This document shows positions 62,906-64,000 of a stretch of 64,000 nt of DNA, one piece after another. The notes beneath the pieces are model-generated. The model made no database searches. It worked only from the letters and a program-made list of their open reading frames with translations, and was not told the origin of the DNA. The stretch is from Candidatus Moraniibacteriota bacterium. GTDB lineage: Bacteria; Patescibacteriota; Minisyncoccia; Moranbacterales; GCA-2747515. Where the stretch lies: NCBI GenBank assembly GCA_040772365.1, contig JAXGYI010000002.1:2762-66761 (forward strand), given 5' to 3'. Within the stretch, counting starts at the first letter, position 1. Every line of letters begins with the position of its first letter. Both the position numbers and the translations under genes were made by a program.

Positions 62906-63047
62906 AAATTTTGGAGTCACAGAATTGCTCAAAATAAAGCAAGAGACCGCTTGAAGCGGTTTTTTGTTATTTGTAATGCATTTGGCAAAGAGGCTGTTTT
63001 CCTATACAATGCAAGTAAAAGAAATTTTAATGTATTACTAAACTTCT

Positions 63048-64000
63048 ATGAAAAAAGCTGTAGTTTTTCTGGCACTTATGCTGATGGGATTTTTTATGCA
63101 ATCTCACCATACGCACGCAGCTGGCGTGGAGACAATTAGAATTAATGAGACATATCATAATGTTGGTGAGGAAGGTCCTGGATGGAGTTTTCCTGAAGCG
63201 GGAAAGCTTGTTTTGACAGATGCTAATCTTGTCTCCATCAGTAATAATAAGGCTGATACTTCTGATACGCTGAACATTGTACTTGAAGGAACGAATACCT
63301 TGCAGCAAATACTCTACTCTCCCAGTGCAACTCTTACGATCTCTGGTAGCGGTCTTTTAAAAATGACAGAACCGGAAGCTGAGCTTAATACAATATCTTC
63401 GTTTATTAGGGTTAACCAGGGTCCTTTAAGGCTCAAGGATAGTGCCAAGATTGATATTGCATACGCTGGGAATACGAAAGATTCTTATAGAGCGATTTTC
63501 GTTAGACATTTGTATGTAGATGATAATGCCAGTCTTTCCGTCGTGCTTACTGATGTACATGCCAAAACCTTAGGCATTCACATTTTTAATTCCTTTCAAT
63601 TTAATACAACGGGCAAGGTATTGTCCAAAGTTACATTTTCCAGTGACGCATCAAAATATGTAAAAGAAGACACACGGGCATTGCTCACTAGTAATCTAAG
63701 TCCTTCTGAGGCGATTTTTGCCGGAAGCGGTTCCTATGAATTTCAAGTGGATGGTGGGGAGCGAGCAGTGAGGTTTGAGAAGAGTGGGACACAAACTTTT
63801 ACTTTCAATAACGATCAGGAGATTGTCACGCCTGTGGGCGGTGGGTTGATTGTGGATGGAGATGAGACGATGATTGTGGATGCTGACAACAGTCCGTTAG
63901 TGCCGCATGTCAAGATTGCACGAAAGTTCTCGTTGGATGCGGTGAATTTAGGACCAATGGGGGCAGGTACATTGGATGTGATGCCGGACGAAGAAATATT
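63048..64000 (+). CDS. Secreted beta-rich surface protein, truncated by window end (not in ORF track)
   Basis: MKKAVVFLALMLMGFFMQSHHTHA signal; GWSF..GKLVL, LNIVLEGTNTL, TLTISGSG; frame appears open to the end. Confidence 0.72.
   Translation, partial: MKKAVVFLALMLMGFFMQSHHTHAAGVETIRINETYHNVGEEGPGWSFPEAGKLVLTDANLVSISNNKADTSDTLNIVLEGTNTLQQILYSPSATLTISGSGLLKMTEPEAELNTISSFIRVNQGPLRLKDSAKIDIAYAGNTKDSYRAIFVRHLYVDDNASLSVVLTDVHAKTLGIHIFNSFQFNTTGKVLSKVTFSSDASKYVKEDTRALLTSNLSPSEAIFAGSGSYEFQVDGGERAVRFEKSGTQTFTFNNDQEIVTPVGGGLIVDGDETMIVDADNSPLVPHVKIARKFSLDAVNLGPMGAGTLDVMPDEEI

Overview
Chromosomal segment of a Patescibacteria/CPR bacterium. The 16S signatures are Parcubacteria-like, the gene set is reduced, and the genetic code is 11. 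The backbone carries lepA, leuS, dxr, rpsL-rpsG-(DUF1189-like)-fusA, a cold-shock gene, lysS, obgE, serS, priA, malic enzyme, a MacAB-type ABC cassette, two tRNA-Pro genes and a sortase. A single 16S rRNA gene has no 23S in the remaining ~57 kb. Its 3' end plus trailer (140 bp) is duplicated 8.65 kb downstream. The two copies bracket an AT-rich island encoding two class II aaRS-like paralogues, a SAM methyltransferase, an MccF/S66 peptidase, an ATP-grasp ligase, RpiB and a Nif3-like protein, which together form a candidate aminoacyl/peptidyl-nucleotide biosynthesis or defence cluster. An atypical tRNA-Ile(GAT) and two IS481 elements follow. A second standout locus (39.2-47.8 kb) combines a diderm-type MMPL + LolA-like + beta-barrel triad with a TrmB-like regulator, an acyltransferase and an acyl-reductase-like SDR, making it a candidate lipid trafficking/remodelling system in a lineage thought to lack an outer membrane. 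All product calls come from motif recognition by eye; no database searches were run.
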